Below, in pieces: positions 62,287 to 64,000 of a stretch of DNA of 64,000 nucleotides. The translations under genes and the position numbers were made by a program. Origin of the DNA: Antedon mediterranea. Its lineage: Eukaryota > Animalia > Echinodermata. The stretch covers positions 26,771,175 to 26,835,174 of the forward strand of contig NC_092677.1 of assembly GCF_964355755.1 (NCBI RefSeq), in the 5' to 3' direction. The stretch's first letter is position 1; every line of letters starts with the position of its first letter. The notes beneath the pieces are model-generated. The model saw only the letters and a list, made by a program, of their open reading frames with translations, was not told the DNA's origin and made no database searches.

Positions 62287-64000
62287 CTGTTTACAAAAAA
62301 AAAGATAAGTATAAAAAGATAAATTAGTATCTTCTTCTGAACGTACAGCTACTATTCGGTAAAGCTCTGAGAAACAGCCAAGCAACATGCAATCTCAACA
62401 TATTCATAAACGGCTAGAAATTCACCCTAACAAATTTTCTAGTAGGCATTTCATAGTTGCTAGTTTAACATTTTAAAACTAACTAATGTTTGTTAGTTGT
62501 AATTTGTTTTAGTTACTTTTACTGTAGTAAAGGTACTATATACTTGATGTGCCGGATTAATTAATTTACCAAAAATTCACTTGCTTTACTAATTTTTAAC
62601 AACTAGGTAATGTTTGTTAAAAAAAGTAAATTTCTAGCCCTGAATAATGTTGAGAATATATCAAATACATTAATTTAGAAAGTAATACTTTATATTGCAA
62701 TACCATAATACATAAATGTATTATCATAATATAGAATTTAAATGTGTACGTGTATAACTTTTGTTTTATTATGGTAGTACATGCACGGTGCATTTTAGAA
62801 TTCAAAGGTTAGGTTCACATCATATTAGTATTAGTGTACAGATTTGAAAATATGTTTTTATTATGGTAATACATGCACGGTGCATCTTAAAATTAAAAGA
62901 TTAGGTTCAAATCATATTGTTAGTAAGTGTATGCAGGTTAGTGTGCAAATGGTTACAAAACTACAGAATGTTTTTATAAATATATCAAATAATAATGTAT
63001 AGGTATTTTGAGCTATGCTACTGTACTAATAAAAGTATATACAATTTAAACAGATAGGAAAGTGTAGTTTGTAAAATTTGACAACATATTTGTATTCAAA
63101 TAAAATTTTGCATGCAAAAAAACATTGTTTTTAATTTATTCAAAAATTTCTCGTTTAGATTTGCTAGAGTTTGAATAAATTAAAATGTTAGTTGCAATTT
63201 ATACCCAGAATGCAACATGATCTGTTTAAGCCCCTCCCATTCTCAATCTACCTCATAAATTTGACAAATTAGCTTGTGTACCAGAATAGGTATGCAAGTT
63301 TGAAATTTGTACTTTGTACAACAAAATCAAATTGCATTCTGGGTAGTTTAAAAATAAAACAATGAAGACATATAAACAATAAATTCTGTCCAAGATGAAA
63401 TAAAATGTGAATGCCAATGATTGGAGATGATAATGAAATGGCTGAGATAACTTCCCACGGTAAAATGTTTTGTGAAATGTGGTTTCTTGATGGTAAATAA
63501 TAAGGCTTAAAAAACAAGTTTGTTTGCTTTCAAATTGATCAGCGAAAAAAAAAACACAAACATGCCCGCCATTCAAAATTAAAATGTGCCCGAGCCGTCC
63601 GCTAAGGTCACAGTTCATTTACAGCAAACAAACCTTCTTTTTGTAGCCCTAATTTTTCCTCCGAGTGCTTTCCAAATTCTAGATATTTGCAGTTTTTCAT
63701 ATCAGCAAACTCTGTCATTTAAATTTTGTTTATTTTTAATAAATAATTAATTATTGATATTCTGTACTCTGAATACTGCCTCTCTTCCCTGTGATAGAAA
63801 TATTCCAAAAGGCCGAATGATGCACATTGAAAAGAGAGAATTTTAGAATGGCCAGAAAGTTTTGGGAGCATGATTCACTATAAGATTAGATAAGATCAAA
63901 AACATTGCATTTAAATAGAATTCAGTTAGTATATAGCACCACAGGTGACATCATGGTATAGCGTGCCATACCTTTCTTGCTATGTAACTCAGATTGCGCA

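Overview
AT-rich, intron-containing animal genomic DNA; the gene types and TTAGGG repeats fit an invertebrate deuterostome, possibly an echinoderm (inference only). By hand-tracing GT-AG exons and checking phases I reconstructed five genes: a laccase-like multicopper oxidase (+, 2085-5778, first exon not found) that lacks 4 of its 11 copper ligands; an SLC16/MCT transporter (-, 7057-10438); a Barx homeobox gene (+, 21423-24823) flanked on each side by about 11 kb with no recognisable gene; UBE4A (-, 36017-51937, 17 coding exons); and RRP1/Nop52 (+, 52148-56446), which is head-to-head with UBE4A across 210 bp. The probable 3' end of a sixth gene enters from the right. Intergenic and intronic DNA is full of MITEs, tRNA-derived SINEs, LINE and Penelope relics and minisatellites. 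The most striking pattern is that five UBE4A 3' splice sites (four coding exons plus one predicted 3'UTR exon) have been tandemly duplicated together with the first bases of their exon. The extreme case is a 26-copy 63-bp array that puts 25 intact-looking decoy acceptors, each leading to a stop codon, ahead of the real one; 22 of its copies also carry TGACTCAGCA. Other highlights are a TTAGGG insertion at a duplication junction and a minimal hammerhead ribozyme. All alignments and translations were done by eye, with no database searches.
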